A stretch of DNA of 64,000 nucleotides from an uncultured Planctomycetaceae bacterium (GCA_964401835.1 CAYNZP010000011.1:18812-82811); one strand, 5' to 3'. Counted from the stretch's first letter, positions 36,278 through 47,520 are shown. The notes: generated by a model from the letters alone, not told the origin. Translations and numbers: made by a program.

Positions 36278-39200
36278 TTACGGGAACTGACGCTCCTCTT
36301 CTTCTCGTTGAATAATAATCTTCGGCTTGATGAGAATCAGCAGCGTCTGCTCGTCCCGAACCGTGCCGCGGTTTGTAAAGGCACGATTAATGACGGGAAC
36401 CTTGCTCAACAAAGGTACGCCCTGCTCGCGTTCCACCTCACCGGCAAGTTTCTGGCCGCCAAGAAGCAGCGTTCCTCCATCCGGAACCGAAACTGTCGTT
36501 TCAAGTCTCTGGACAGTAACGTTAGGCTGCTGAAGGAAACCAGAACCGAGGGGATTGCCTGCCGCGTCTGTTCCGGCAGCGGTTACAACATAGGTGGAAA
36601 AATTGTTAAGCAAAGTCACCTGAGGCCGAACTGTCAAGGTAACATAGCGCCTGTCTGCCGACACCGTAGCCTCAACATCCAGCACAGTACCGGTATTGAC
36701 ATAGGCAGGCTCTGGGTCAAATGAAACCGCGTTTTCGGCCACAACAGGGGTAAGATCCCTGACATAGGACTGATAGGTGCCTATGCTCACGTATGCCCGC
36801 TGACCGTTGAACAGGGTCAACCTGGGAGCCGTCAAGCTGCGAGTTGCGCTGTGGGCCTGTGTGGCCTGGATAAGGAAATCTACCTGGATATCATCCAGGA
36901 AGGTGCCTGCAACAGTCAGCGACTGGTTCCCCATCAGCCCGCCAATACTGTTTGGAACCGGCGTTGAAACTCCGAGCATATTAGTAAACACATTGGAACC
37001 CTGCAGGGCAGATATAGGTGTGAAATTATTGCTACCCGGCGGAGTTGTTCCCCATCCGCTTGTTCCGCCCTTGGTCGGTACTGTCGCTCCCGTCCATGGG
37101 TCGGTTACAGTTGTAGAACCAAGTGCCGAACCAATATTAAAGTAGAAATCCAGATCAATACCTATGCTGTTCAGGAAGCCGGTATTAACAGTAATGAACC
37201 TCGCCTCGATGGCAACTTGCAGGGCCTTGGACTCTCTCAATTGGTTTATCAGGTCCAGTACCTTCCCATGATTTTCCTCTGTCTGGGTTATTATCAACTG
37301 GCCATGCAAGTGACGAATGGAACCTGTCTCTCCCGGGCCCGCATTTTGGCCTATAATACGCCATGAATTCGGGTCAACCGTATCGGCAATCATCTGAATG
37401 ATTTCGTTTATCAATTCACCCTTCGAAAGAACTTCTCCCTCTTCTTCATCTCTGTCTTCATCAGCGAACAAATCACCACCACCGCCGCCGCCACCTTCTG
37501 CGCCAACATCTTCCAATTCCAAGCTCGGGCCTGCAAAATTAGGCACCCTGACGATGAGGTCGCGGACATCGTAAACTCGCGTTATTGTTCTTGTTTCGAG
37601 GTCGTCCTTTGTGGAAACGGTGATAACGCCTTCATCAACAACAAAACTAAGAGGTTGAAACCCGCCGACATCTTCAAGGATAACACGAAGAGCCTTTTCA
37701 AGCTTCACGTCGTCCAGCCTGATTGTTACCGGCGTGGACCTGTCGATGCCAAGCAAATCAAGCGACATCCACTTAACGTGGAAGTTCGCACCAGAGACGT
37801 CCTGGAGAAAATCGATAACATCGCCAAATTCAGATTCATCAAATTCCAGCTTTTGGATGCGCTGGTTGAGTTTCGCTCGAACAGCCCTGTCAGCTTCAGA
37901 CTCCACCCGTCCTGTAGCGCTGAATGGTTCACGAATCTTTGTGATTTCCTTCCAGTTTCGAGGATAGAGAAGAAGTTCATACCAGGGGATCTCAGCCTCA
38001 CGTAAATCAAGAAGTGACTTTTGCTCTTCGCGAAGCTGCGTCTTGTCTAAATCGCGCTCTTCCAGGGCAAGGATGAACTGCTCGACCATTTCCTTCCTTC
38101 CAGCTGCCCAATTATCCTTTGGATCAAGCACAAGTATCCGGTCAAGCTCATCGGCTGCTGCTTCGTAATTATATTCTGCCAGGTGTGTCTCGGCATTTTC
38201 CCTGAATCTTTCTATTTTGGCCTGTCTTTCACCCTCGAGCTTTTGCTTTCGCTGCTGCTGCTGAATGCGAATTTGTTGCATTTGAATCTGGACTTGCTCT
38301 TTTTCCCATTCTTCGCGGCGCATTTCAACATATTTGAGTTGTTCATCCACTTCGAGCAGCTTAGCCTGATATTCCTGGGCGGTATAGTAAGTCTTGTTTG
38401 TTTCAAGAACGTTCTGTGCTACACGAGCGGCATCGGCTGCACTGTTAAACTCACCCTTGCTGTTTGCACGAGAAATAACTTCCCGGCTTCTTGTCATCGC
38501 TTTATCAAAGGCCAGGTCAGAAGCCTGACGAGAGATGCGGCGTCTTTCCTCAAGGCGGGTCAATGTGTTATTGCTAGTTACGCCCAAAGTCATCTTGCGT
38601 GACTGATCGAGTAGCTTCTGGGCTTGTTGAGAATCTGGATCAAGTGCCAGGGCCTGCTTGAAATAACCGACTGCCCTTTCCGGCTGAGATTCATCCAGGG
38701 CGGCCTGGCCCCGCATGATAAGTTCATCAACCTGCTGCTGGCGGGCCTTGATGTCTTCCAACATTTTCTGTGCCCTGATCCGGCTGGCATCATCTGCCTG
38801 GACAACTGGTTTGTCGGGCTCAGCCTTGACTTCGGTCTTAACAACCGCCGTCCCTGTTTTGGCTTCGACGGGTTGAGCTTTAATCTCGGGCACCTTTGGC
38901 GGAGCTGGTGCTGCCTTTGCCTGGGCTGCTGCGGCAAGCTCCAGCCGTTTCTTTACCAGTGCAAGCTGGGCCTTGGCATCCTGACGGGTCGGGCCATCGA
39001 TATATTCACTGGCCGAGGCCTTGGCGAATAATTGTTCCGCTCTAGCGATATCACCGTCTTTGAGACTTTTAATGGCCATGCTGTAAGCCTCACGGGCTGA
39101 CCGTTGCTTCCTGATTGCGGTATCGACCTTTCCAAGGTATTCATCGAGAACCTTCTTATCGGCTTGGCCGAGAGAGCTTCGGTCGATTTTGAGGAAAGAG

Positions 39201-39364
39201 GCTTTTGATGCCTGGAAGTCGAGGCTTTCGTACTGCGAAATGGCTTGCTTCAGTGTAGCTTTAGCCTGGTCTGAACTTGCGTCTTGGGCTTCAAGAGCAC
39301 AGGTAAATGTTAAGATTAAAATGACTGGGATGGAAACTCGCAAAAATCGGCTAAGAGCTAGCAC
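36278..39364 (-). CDS. Secretin (PilQ/GspD family) with long TPR/coiled-coil N-terminus
   Basis: Signal peptide, TPR-like repeats, N-domain (TRVYDVRDL), QVAIEARF, APRLTLFNGQRA, TTVSVPDGGTLLLGG, GVPLLSKVP, LLILIKPKII. Confidence 0.88.
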   Translation of the reverse strand: MLALSRFLRVSIPVILILTFTCALEAQDASSDQAKATLKQAISQYESLDFQASKASFLKIDRSSLGQADKKVLDEYLGKVDTAIRKQRSAREAYSMAIKSLKDGDIARAEQLFAKASASEYIDGPTRQDAKAQLALVKKRLELAAAAQAKAAPAPPKVPEIKAQPVEAKTGTAVVKTEVKAEPDKPVVQADDASRIRAQKMLEDIKARQQQVDELIMRGQAALDESQPERAVGYFKQALALDPDSQQAQKLLDQSRKMTLGVTSNNTLTRLEERRRISRQASDLAFDKAMTRSREVISRANSKGEFNSAADAARVAQNVLETNKTYYTAQEYQAKLLEVDEQLKYVEMRREEWEKEQVQIQMQQIRIQQQQRKQKLEGERQAKIERFRENAETHLAEYNYEAAADELDRILVLDPKDNWAAGRKEMVEQFILALEERDLDKTQLREEQKSLLDLREAEIPWYELLLYPRNWKEITKIREPFSATGRVESEADRAVRAKLNQRIQKLEFDESEFGDVIDFLQDVSGANFHVKWMSLDLLGIDRSTPVTIRLDDVKLEKALRVILEDVGGFQPLSFVVDEGVITVSTKDDLETRTITRVYDVRDLIVRVPNFAGPSLELEDVGAEGGGGGGGDLFADEDRDEEEGEVLSKGELINEIIQMIADTVDPNSWRIIGQNAGPGETGSIRHLHGQLIITQTEENHGKVLDLINQLRESKALQVAIEARFITVNTGFLNSIGIDLDFYFNIGSALGSTTVTDPWTGATVPTKGGTSGWGTTPPGSNNFTPISALQGSNVFTNMLGVSTPVPNSIGGLMGNQSLTVAGTFLDDIQVDFLIQATQAHSATRSLTAPRLTLFNGQRAYVSIGTYQSYVRDLTPVVAENAVSFDPEPAYVNTGTVLDVEATVSADRRYVTLTVRPQVTLLNNFSTYVVTAAGTDAAGNPLGSGFLQQPNVTVQRLETTVSVPDGGTLLLGGQKLAGEVEREQGVPLLSKVPVINRAFTNRGTVRDEQTLLILIKPKIIIQREEEERQFP

Positions 39365-39620
39365 TGAAAAACTCCTTTCAATTGGCTCGCCGGAACCCGC
39401 AACAATATCGCCGCGTCAAAACAATCGGCTACCGGAGCAACCTTAAACATCGGTACTTAAAACTAATGCAGGCACTAGGTTATACACTTTTGGCAGGACA
39501 AAACTTCTTGTCCAATTCGTCGCCCCACAGGGCCACCAAGGTTGGTTAAAAGGCAGGGCCTTCTTGGCCGAAGAGGATACGCCACAAACCACACATTTTG
39601 CAAGTTTAAAATTGCTTTAC

Positions 39621-41402
39621 CTAGTGTATATTGGCCGCTTTGACTTCCGCGTCCAGCTTCTTGTAGCTATCTGACTTCCTGTCATGGGCAAGGATACGGG
39701 TCTTTAGCTCGCCGTCCTCATCCAAATAGACCATTTCTGTAGTGGTTTTGGCAAACGTTCCCTTGTAAACAGTCTTATTGAAATCCAATCCAACGACCAT
39801 CGAACCAGTGGAAAAATCTACTTCTTCCTTCTGGTCTTCCTTAGTAGCTGGATTGACCAGCGTAACTTTCCTGGGTTGGCCTATGACATCACCAACTCCG
39901 ATAGTGAATGTCTTTTTTACCCGCTGGCCGAGGCTATACGCAAACACTGCGACCTTAACCGTTTGCGACATTCCAGTAGAACCTACCAGGTAAAAATCCG
40001 TCTCCTTGCCTATAGTTACGGGATCGGACCAGTCGCTAAAGGGTGTTTCGACAACAGCGACGCGAGCGTCCTCGGGCTGCTTAACCTCATCATCCCAGGT
40101 TAATAGGGGGTTGATTAGTTTCAAGCGGACCCGATACCTGTAAGCCTTCGTGCTTTCCAGGGAAGTATCGTGGAACCACCCAAGGAGGTTGCCGCTTTCA
40201 ATCTGCTCTGTAAGTGACGGATAGGTGGTTTCTTGCGGTATCTCGATCTCTCTTGGCTCATCACGCACAACTCTTGTCGGTGCTGCGGGAGTCCTGGTCC
40301 TTGGTATAGTAGTCCTGCGAACCGGCTGTCGTGTAGTAGTCCGGCGAGCGGTCGGCCTTCCCGGCATAGCCATGCCTGGATCATATGCGGCGCCTGGCCT
40401 GGCAGGGGTGGCGCGAGTGGGCTTGGGGGTTGTTCTGGCCGGGGCAGCTGTCGGCATCCTGGCGGCAACATCTGGCGCAGTAGGGGCAAACGTCATGGTT
40501 CTTCTGGCAGCTGGAGTTTTTTCCATCCAGTCTTTACTTACCGATGTAACGGGTAGATTGATAACCCAACTCAGCCATTGCCGGCTAGGTGTGTGCCAGA
40601 CATCCCAATAACCGGGTTCGAGGATGAATTCCTGCCAATCCACCGCTGCCATATTCTCCATCCAATTTCGAACACTGTCCGAATTAGAGCCTCTATACTT
40701 GGGGACTGGGGGCAATTGAATCGGACGGACGAATTCATCGACAACACTGGAAACCATCTTTACCTGCTTAGGAGCAGACCAGGAGCCATCCGAAAGCCTT
40801 TCCTGAACTTCGGCTTCAACCCCTAGGCAAACAGCCTTCCATGTGATAGTGGTTCTGCGAAGCCTGTCGCGCCAAATGGACTTCAACTCTGATATGGGAT
40901 AGACAAAGGCAACGTGTGCGGCAGCTACATCGGCGGGGTTTTCCATACGGACGAATTCCCGACCTGCCCATGTTTTTGGTTTTTGGGGCTTTGGTATAAC
41001 CGACTGAATATCCGCTACTGTCGGTTTGTCGGGTATTTTCCTGCTCGTCTCTTCTCGAATTGCTGGCCGAGCCGATGAAATATCAACCATTTCCCGGAAT
41101 CCATCCAGCGATTTGAGGGAACGGTAATCTTCAATTATCCCTTCGTATGGAGGTAATGCCCGCGGTTCTGCGCTAGCTTTTTCGAAACTGTTTTGGAGTC
41201 TAAGTGAAACTTCGGACAATTCCGTGTCTACTTTGTCGGGAGCTACGGCCTTGGGCGTTCCAATTGGCTGTGGAACTTCTATCTCACGGGGCGACGATGT
41301 CACCCAATGAAAAATCGCATAAAGTAAAAAGATAAAACACACAAACAGCACGGCTTTTTCCAGGTGCTGTTCTAAGAAGTTCATGTCAGAACTCTTGGCC
41401 AT
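39621..41402 (-). CDS. Membrane-anchored protein in PilP-like position of the pilM-secretin cluster
   Basis: N-terminal TM; Pro/Thr/Arg-rich linker; FN3-like YRYRVRL segment; role assigned by synteny only. Confidence 0.6.
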   Translation of the reverse strand: MAKSSDMNFLEQHLEKAVLFVCFIFLLYAIFHWVTSSPREIEVPQPIGTPKAVAPDKVDTELSEVSLRLQNSFEKASAEPRALPPYEGIIEDYRSLKSLDGFREMVDISSARPAIREETSRKIPDKPTVADIQSVIPKPQKPKTWAGREFVRMENPADVAAAHVAFVYPISELKSIWRDRLRRTTITWKAVCLGVEAEVQERLSDGSWSAPKQVKMVSSVVDEFVRPIQLPPVPKYRGSNSDSVRNWMENMAAVDWQEFILEPGYWDVWHTPSRQWLSWVINLPVTSVSKDWMEKTPAARRTMTFAPTAPDVAARMPTAAPARTTPKPTRATPARPGAAYDPGMAMPGRPTARRTTTRQPVRRTTIPRTRTPAAPTRVVRDEPREIEIPQETTYPSLTEQIESGNLLGWFHDTSLESTKAYRYRVRLKLINPLLTWDDEVKQPEDARVAVVETPFSDWSDPVTIGKETDFYLVGSTGMSQTVKVAVFAYSLGQRVKKTFTIGVGDVIGQPRKVTLVNPATKEDQKEEVDFSTGSMVVGLDFNKTVYKGTFAKTTTEMVYLDEDGELKTRILAHDRKSDSYKKLDAEVKAANIH

Positions 41403-41459
41403 ATTGGCTTCCTCAAATAACTTCTCTATAACTCAAAACTTCGAAAACAAAAACCTGCA

Positions 41460-42986
41460 TTATATTCTGTCGTTTAGGCGATCAATATCTTCACGACGAA
41501 GCACACCGGCTTGGTCAAGATCCCCCAAAACATCTATTGGCATAAGAGGTTGATACTTTTCGAACCACTTTTTATTTTTGGAGTCGTACTTGCCCCTTTC
41601 CCAGTCGGTCATAAGGAGTAACTCGCAGTACATGGTGACTTCCATTACAGGCTCGGGGCCATAGTAGTAGTATTTATCCTCGACCTGGGGAACTTCCTGC
41701 ATTTCGACAGAAAGTACGGTGTGATAATTACGAGCCATCAATGCTCTCTCGAGCTCAAGCAACTTTCGCGAAGACATTATCACGGTGAAGCTGTAGTGAA
41801 TAACGTCATACTGCTGATTACATATACGCTGGGTCAGTTGCCCCATGCCAGTTGAAACAGCGCTGGGACCTGAACTTCCAGCTGCAGCCACTCTGGCAGG
41901 TTTGCCAGGGGTGTAACCCGGCGGCATCGCACTTGTCATTGCTGGATATCCCGTAGGCCTGCCCGGGATGGCTGGTGACCTTCTGGGCGATGTTCGCGTT
42001 CGCGCTGGCGATCTTGATCTCAATCCAGTTCCACCTGGGGAGACGACATATTCCTCGTTGATTTCGATAGAAACTAAACGCTTTACCGCAGAATTCATGA
42101 CGCTATCAGAAGAGTCCGGTTCTTTTTCCTTAAGGGACTTTTTGTTTGTCTGGGAAATAGCCTCGACAATATCCTCAGTTATCCACAGGTTAAGCTGCGC
42201 TTGCCAAAGCTTGGTATCCGACGCGGTGGCTACAGCGGTTGGAAAGACAACGTCGAATTCATCCAGCGAAGCGTAAACCGAACCTTCCATCGCCCGTTTC
42301 AGGGTCAATGCGTCGATGGCCTGTTGCTGGGCCTTTTTGCTTATGTCAGAAGTGACCCCTGTTGTTCTGGCTCGCGTCACACCCGCTGGAAGAATTGCCC
42401 TAAGTTCAGTTCGTGAACGCGCAACACCTGTCGACTCGACAATTTCTCCACTTTCCGCAGCCTCCCTTTCCCTGATTTTTCTTTCGCGTTCTTCTTTACG
42501 CAAAAGCTCCAGCTCGATTTGCTTCGTTTCGTTTTCAATCTCGAGATCATTCGGCGGGGATGTGGGATTAAGTCGTTTGACCAACTCCTTTATCTCGTAG
42601 TCATATTTTTCCGTGAAGACGTATATAAGGCTGTAATCTCTATAAAGCCTCTGATCTATCGGGAACGCACTTACGGTTCTTCCGTCAGAAGTCTCCAATT
42701 CAAGGACTGAATAGTTCCTCCGGTTCCACTCTACATTGTTCTGGACAACATCTATTATGGCTTTGCGAACTGTCTCAACACGGATTTTCTCAGCCTCTAC
42801 GACTTCCTTGTTGACCTTCTTGGCCCTAATTAAGAAATTTACCCTGTTGATGACATTCTCGCGGTCTACAAGCCTTTTATCGACTGTGCCTGAAACACTC
42901 AAATCGACGAAAGAAATTATCCCCGCCAGGACAACGACTGTCCCGATAAGACAGACATAAAAGATATTATCTCGAATAAACTGCAT
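41460..42986 (-). CDS. Membrane-anchored protein in PilO-like position of the pilM-secretin cluster
   Basis: N-terminal TM, coiled coil, low-complexity insert; role assigned by synteny only. Confidence 0.6.
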   Translation of the reverse strand: MQFIRDNIFYVCLIGTVVVLAGIISFVDLSVSGTVDKRLVDRENVINRVNFLIRAKKVNKEVVEAEKIRVETVRKAIIDVVQNNVEWNRRNYSVLELETSDGRTVSAFPIDQRLYRDYSLIYVFTEKYDYEIKELVKRLNPTSPPNDLEIENETKQIELELLRKEERERKIREREAAESGEIVESTGVARSRTELRAILPAGVTRARTTGVTSDISKKAQQQAIDALTLKRAMEGSVYASLDEFDVVFPTAVATASDTKLWQAQLNLWITEDIVEAISQTNKKSLKEKEPDSSDSVMNSAVKRLVSIEINEEYVVSPGGTGLRSRSPARTRTSPRRSPAIPGRPTGYPAMTSAMPPGYTPGKPARVAAAGSSGPSAVSTGMGQLTQRICNQQYDVIHYSFTVIMSSRKLLELERALMARNYHTVLSVEMQEVPQVEDKYYYYGPEPVMEVTMYCELLLMTDWERGKYDSKNKKWFEKYQPLMPIDVLGDLDQAGVLRREDIDRLNDRI

Positions 42987-43024
42987 TAGCTTTTCTCCAA
43001 GCCGTCGTAATTTCCATTATTTCC

Positions 43025-44905
43025 TCAGCGTCGGCCGGAACTCGTTGCTTCAGTATCCGGCAGCTCAATTCCATCGCCCTCGATCTGTATCACCCAGCCA
43101 ATTTCGAAGTGAGTGTCACTTGCCATGCTCTCGCCGGGGAAAATCGGATCCGGATCGACAACTTCCGCCCCGCCAGCTATCGAAGCTCGAACGGAAGGCG
43201 TTATCTCTTTGAATTTCGGCAAGTCCGCTTTAACTATCGAAAGGGACTTGAGCTGTTCAGCTATTCCGCGACTTTTTCGCGATAGCGTACTTAACATTGC
43301 GTTTGCCTGGGCTTTCGGAAGAGGGGTTCTGCCTTCAATATTAATCCTGTAACCGCGCTTGGCGGATTGTCTACCTGGCCGCCCTGCCGATGTCGTTCCT
43401 GTTTCGGCTGTTATGTCTTCCAGATATACGCTCGTGAGTTTGGTTACAAAAATAAGTTGGCGCATTTGACGAGGTTTGGACTTGAGTTGCTCCAGGGCTT
43501 CGGCTCCGCCCGACAACGACCCCTGATCAGTTGCGACTTCCTGTATCGATTTGGAAACCAGCGTCTGCACGGAGGGCCAAAAGTCGCGATAGCCGAAAAG
43601 CTTTGCACTTTCTCGAAGCTGCTGCTCTTCCTGCTTTCCCTGATTCTTCACACCATTGTAATCTCTAACAAGCTTGTCCAGCTGGTCAACGATTGTCCTG
43701 GACTCGCGAAGCTCTGGACTCGGCGCCAGGTCTCCCCTGTCCATAAATGGCCGCGAAGCCTTGCTGATAAGCGCCAAAAGAAGCACGGCTGCCGCAGCCA
43801 CAAACCATGGCTTTTTGTTACTCCACATCCTGCGGCGGGTAATTTGTTTCGGAAGAAGGTTCGTTTCTACCTTGGCCAGTTCCAGCCCCTGTACCGCCAA
43901 GCCGTATGCCACGCCCAGGGACAACACGCTTTCGTTAAGTTTGGGCTCATTTACGCCGGCCCCCGCTGTTAGCCTGTTAAAAGCATCTACTCTTGCCACC
44001 TGCACATTTAGGTTTTGCTCGAGAAATTTCTGCAATCCCGGCAGGCGGAAGCCATTGCCCAAGCCTATCAGTTTCTTGAGCCGGGTCTCGCGGTGCAGCG
44101 AGGTGTAATAACCGATCGATCTCTGTATTTCCTGGACAAGGTCAGAAAAGACCGGCCTCATCGCCTGGAATATCTGGCGGGCATATTTACTCGTAGCTGC
44201 AGACCGCTTGAGCTTCTCTGCCTTGGCAAAAGAAAGCTTGAACGACCGTACAAGAGCTTCCGTAAAATTATTGCCGCCAATCTGTATCGTGCGGGTCCAT
44301 ATTCTGGAACCATCAGACACGACCAGGTCTGTCTTATTCGCACCAATATCTGCCAGAAGCGTCGCGCCGTCCTCAGCCACCTGTTCGTCAAACGTCATGA
44401 AGTTGTAAAGCCCCAAAGGCGCAATCTGAACATGGTCGACAAGGATATCCGCATCGGAAAAATGATCCAGCACCTCAGTGACGTCCACCTTCTTCATCGC
44501 GAAGATGCCGGTTTCCACATCGGGCGAATCCGGATCGCGGAACGTCTGCCAGCGCCAGATGACATCATCAATAGGGAAAGGAATCTGCTGCTCGGCTTCG
44601 AAGCGGACAATGTCGGGAATCTTTTTCGGATCGACCGGCGGAAGCTTGACGAATCTGGTAAAACTGCTTTGGCCAGGAACCGATACAGCGATAGAAGAAT
44701 CGCCCAGGTCGTTACGGGAAATAAACTGCTCAAGCGCTTCTCGGATAATTTCTTCTTTGTTGATTTCGGGCTCGGAAAGAATCTTGGGATGGTCTATAAC
44801 GTCGAAGCCTTCAACATGAAGTTCACCTTCAACTTCACGGAGCTTTAACGCTTTGAGAGCACATTGTCCAATGTCTATTCCCCAAACGCTCTTAGCTTTA
44901 GCCAT
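43025..44905 (-). CDS. pilM: Type IV pilus assembly protein PilM with C-terminal PilN-like extension
   Basis: WGIDIG, AVSVPGQSSFTRFVKLPP, EAEQQIPF, DIGANKTD, EIQRSIGYY, GNGFRLPGL, TNLLP followed by a TM and periplasmic domain. Confidence 0.88.
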   Translation of the reverse strand: MAKAKSVWGIDIGQCALKALKLREVEGELHVEGFDVIDHPKILSEPEINKEEIIREALEQFISRNDLGDSSIAVSVPGQSSFTRFVKLPPVDPKKIPDIVRFEAEQQIPFPIDDVIWRWQTFRDPDSPDVETGIFAMKKVDVTEVLDHFSDADILVDHVQIAPLGLYNFMTFDEQVAEDGATLLADIGANKTDLVVSDGSRIWTRTIQIGGNNFTEALVRSFKLSFAKAEKLKRSAATSKYARQIFQAMRPVFSDLVQEIQRSIGYYTSLHRETRLKKLIGLGNGFRLPGLQKFLEQNLNVQVARVDAFNRLTAGAGVNEPKLNESVLSLGVAYGLAVQGLELAKVETNLLPKQITRRRMWSNKKPWFVAAAAVLLLALISKASRPFMDRGDLAPSPELRESRTIVDQLDKLVRDYNGVKNQGKQEEQQLRESAKLFGYRDFWPSVQTLVSKSIQEVATDQGSLSGGAEALEQLKSKPRQMRQLIFVTKLTSVYLEDITAETGTTSAGRPGRQSAKRGYRINIEGRTPLPKAQANAMLSTLSRKSRGIAEQLKSLSIVKADLPKFKEITPSVRASIAGGAEVVDPDPIFPGESMASDTHFEIGWVIQIEGDGIELPDTEATSSGRR

Positions 44906-45007
44906 AACTACTCCTTGGCTTGTTCCCGTAGATTTTAATACGCTTCAACAATCTGTAACTCGATACTGCTTCGCCTTAATATCGCTCGGGCGAGAAGCCC
45001 GGGTTGG

Positions 45008-45036
45008 CTGACACAGGCGTGGCAGAAGAGTATAAT
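45008..45036 (+). promoter_or_regulatory. Sigma70-type promoter candidate for mtaB-udg
   Basis: CTGACA-N17-TATAAT. Confidence 0.6.
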
Positions 45037-45129
45037 ATATTTTTTAAGTCCAAACAGCAACGATGCTTTAGGGAGCAATTCCTGTTAAGGTTATTTTAAA
45101 TCAGGATTTTTCAGGAACGCAATTAACCG

Positions 45130-46560
45130 GTGCTTTCTTTCTCTATTACAACACTTGGCTGCAAGGTAAATCAATACGATAGTTGCTCTATCGCAGCTTC
45201 GCTCGAGAAAAAAGGCTTAACCGCCCTTGGCCCATGCGAAGGGAAAACCGATCTTGTTGTCATAAACACTTGCTGCGTAACAACTACCGCGATGCGGAAA
45301 AGCCGCCAGGCCATCCCCCGCGCCATCAAGCTCTCTCCCGGTGCTGCTGTGCTCGTTACGGGTTGCTATAGTGACTATAATGCGAGAAAGATACGAAAAC
45401 TGCTGGAGTCTCTGGATATCCCGCCTCAGCGCCTCTTTATAGTCGGCCACCACGATAATTTATACGCCTCTCTGGAAGAGGTGGTTCAGGCGCTGAAAAA
45501 TGAACACCCAGCCGAGGTAAAACCAGCAAGCGAAGATAATCGTAGCCCCGATACCATCCGAAAACGCCGCCAGGCAGCCCTGGCCCGTCAAGCCGAAGAC
45601 AAGAGCAAGCAAGATGGCATAGAAAAATTTCACGGCCACCAGCGGGCGTTCGTAAAGGTTCAGGACGGCTGCGATGCTTTCTGCGCTTATTGCATCGTGC
45701 CATATACTCGGCCCAGGGTTTGGTCGCGAGCGATTCAAAGCGTTGTACATGAATGCCGCACCCTGGTCGCATCCGGGCATAAGGAGATCGTGCTGTCGGG
45801 AGTGTTCCTCGGCGCATTTGGCAGAGACACGTCTGTCAGGCGAAAATGGAGCGATGAAGACTCCAAACTGCCGCAGCTTCTTCGAGAGGTAGCCGATATC
45901 GACGGGCTCTGGCGGGTACGGCTGAGCAGTCTCGAGCCACGCGACATGACAGAGGAACTGCTGTGGGTTTGTAGGGAAACACCAGCGGTTGCGCCGCATT
46001 TTCATCTCCCGCTCCAGTCCGGCTCGCAGAAAATCCTCAAAAAAATGAACCGGCAATACACAGCCGACGAGTTCAGGCAAACTATCGACCTGCTCAGGGG
46101 CTCGCTGGAAAATCCGGCGATAACAACTGACATAATCGTCGGCTTTCCGGGCGAAACTGACGAGGATTTTGCAGCGACGATGGAGATGGCTCGAGATGCG
46201 GGCTTTGCAAAGATTCACGCCTTCCCGTTCAGTGCAATTGAAGGCACAGCCGCCTGGGAATTTCGCAATGAGTCGCCTAAGCCAAATGTAGTCAAAGAGC
46301 GAATGGCCCAGCTAGGCCAGCTCGAAACGCAGCTCGCACAGGCCTACCGAACCAATTTCGTGGGCAAAACCATGGAAGGCCTCGTTGAAAAGGCTCGCAA
46401 AGGTTCAAAATCCCGCCAGGCCATGACCGACCGTTACATTACTGTGAAATTCAAACCGGATGCAAACTCAGACGAGTTGACCGGAAAGGTCGTCAGGCTC
46501 GGAATCGAAAAGGTTACCAGCCAAGGCCTGGACGGGAAATTCTTGCAGCTACAGCCATGA
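45130..46560 (+). CDS. mtaB: tRNA t6A methylthiotransferase MtaB
   Basis: TLGCKVNQYDS, INTCCVT, RAFVKVQDGCDAFCAYCIVPYTR, RVRLSSLEP, HFHLPLQSGS, TDIIVGFPGET. Confidence 0.9.
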   Translation: MLSFSITTLGCKVNQYDSCSIAASLEKKGLTALGPCEGKTDLVVINTCCVTTTAMRKSRQAIPRAIKLSPGAAVLVTGCYSDYNARKIRKLLESLDIPPQRLFIVGHHDNLYASLEEVVQALKNEHPAEVKPASEDNRSPDTIRKRRQAALARQAEDKSKQDGIEKFHGHQRAFVKVQDGCDAFCAYCIVPYTRPRVWSRAIQSVVHECRTLVASGHKEIVLSGVFLGAFGRDTSVRRKWSDEDSKLPQLLREVADIDGLWRVRLSSLEPRDMTEELLWVCRETPAVAPHFHLPLQSGSQKILKKMNRQYTADEFRQTIDLLRGSLENPAITTDIIVGFPGETDEDFAATMEMARDAGFAKIHAFPFSAIEGTAAWEFRNESPKPNVVKERMAQLGQLETQLAQAYRTNFVGKTMEGLVEKARKGSKSRQAMTDRYITVKFKPDANSDELTGKVVRLGIEKVTSQGLDGKFLQLQP

Positions 46561-46600
46561 CAGTTGTTCCTGCCGCCGGTAAAGCTTAGAATCTCGGGCA

Positions 46601-47362
46601 ATGACAGACTCAGCGGAAAAACTCATCAAGGCTGCCAGGCAATTAATCGAAACAGATAAAATGCTGGGCGGCGATTTTATCCCCGCAAGCCGCAACCCAC
46701 TGCCCGCTTGCGAGGTGTTTTCCGAAAAAAATCATGGACAGACCCGGGTACATTTAGAAATGACTCCAAAACAAAAAGCCGCCGCTCTCGAAGAGCTTAA
46801 ACAAAACGAAATCCAGCGCTGCAAAAAATGCCCGCTAGCCGAGACTCGCACCAATGTTGTTTTTGGCGAAGGAAGTCCCTCTGCCGAACTGGTCTTTGTC
46901 GGAGAAGCCCCGGGAGCCGACGAAGACGCTACAGGCCGGCCGTTCGTTGGGCGGGCGGGGGAACTTCTGACAAATATGATCAAGGCGATGGGGCTCACCC
47001 GCGATGATGTCTTCATCTGCAATATCCTCAAGTGCCGCCCTCCCGGAAACCGCAACCCAGCTCCGGAAGAAATCCAGTGCTGCTGGAATTATCTCGTCCG
47101 CCAGCTTGAAATCATTTCCCCCAAGGTCATCGTAACCCTCGGCAACCCGGCTACGCAGAACCTGCTGAATACCCGCACGGGCATAACCAAACTGCGCGGC
47201 ACGTGGCAGGAATTGCCGGACTTCAGCGAGGCTCTGGAAGGAACTCCGGTCATGCCGACATTCCACCCCGCCTATCTGCTGCGTCAATACACTCCGGAGC
47301 ACCGAAAAAAGGTCTGGTCCGATTTGCAGAAAGTAATGGCCAAACTCGGCCTAAAAAAATAA
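46601..47362 (+). CDS. Family 4 uracil-DNA glycosylase (4Fe-4S)
   Basis: [48 protein letters not shown]. Confidence 0.93.
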   Translation: MTDSAEKLIKAARQLIETDKMLGGDFIPASRNPLPACEVFSEKNHGQTRVHLEMTPKQKAAALEELKQNEIQRCKKCPLAETRTNVVFGEGSPSAELVFVGEAPGADEDATGRPFVGRAGELLTNMIKAMGLTRDDVFICNILKCRPPGNRNPAPEEIQCCWNYLVRQLEIISPKVIVTLGNPATQNLLNTRTGITKLRGTWQELPDFSEALEGTPVMPTFHPAYLLRQYTPEHRKKVWSDLQKVMAKLGLKK

Positions 47363-47520
47363 ATCCAACTCATCCCGATTAGCGGCTGGCAAATCCAAAT
47401 CTTAAATTCCTTTAGAAGGTTCTCGAGGCCCTCGTGCTTCTATGTTCGGCTGCAGGTGGTGGTGGCGGCGCCGCGGTGGCGTCGGATCTGCAGCGGGGAA
47501 TCTGCACAGGATGCTGAAAA

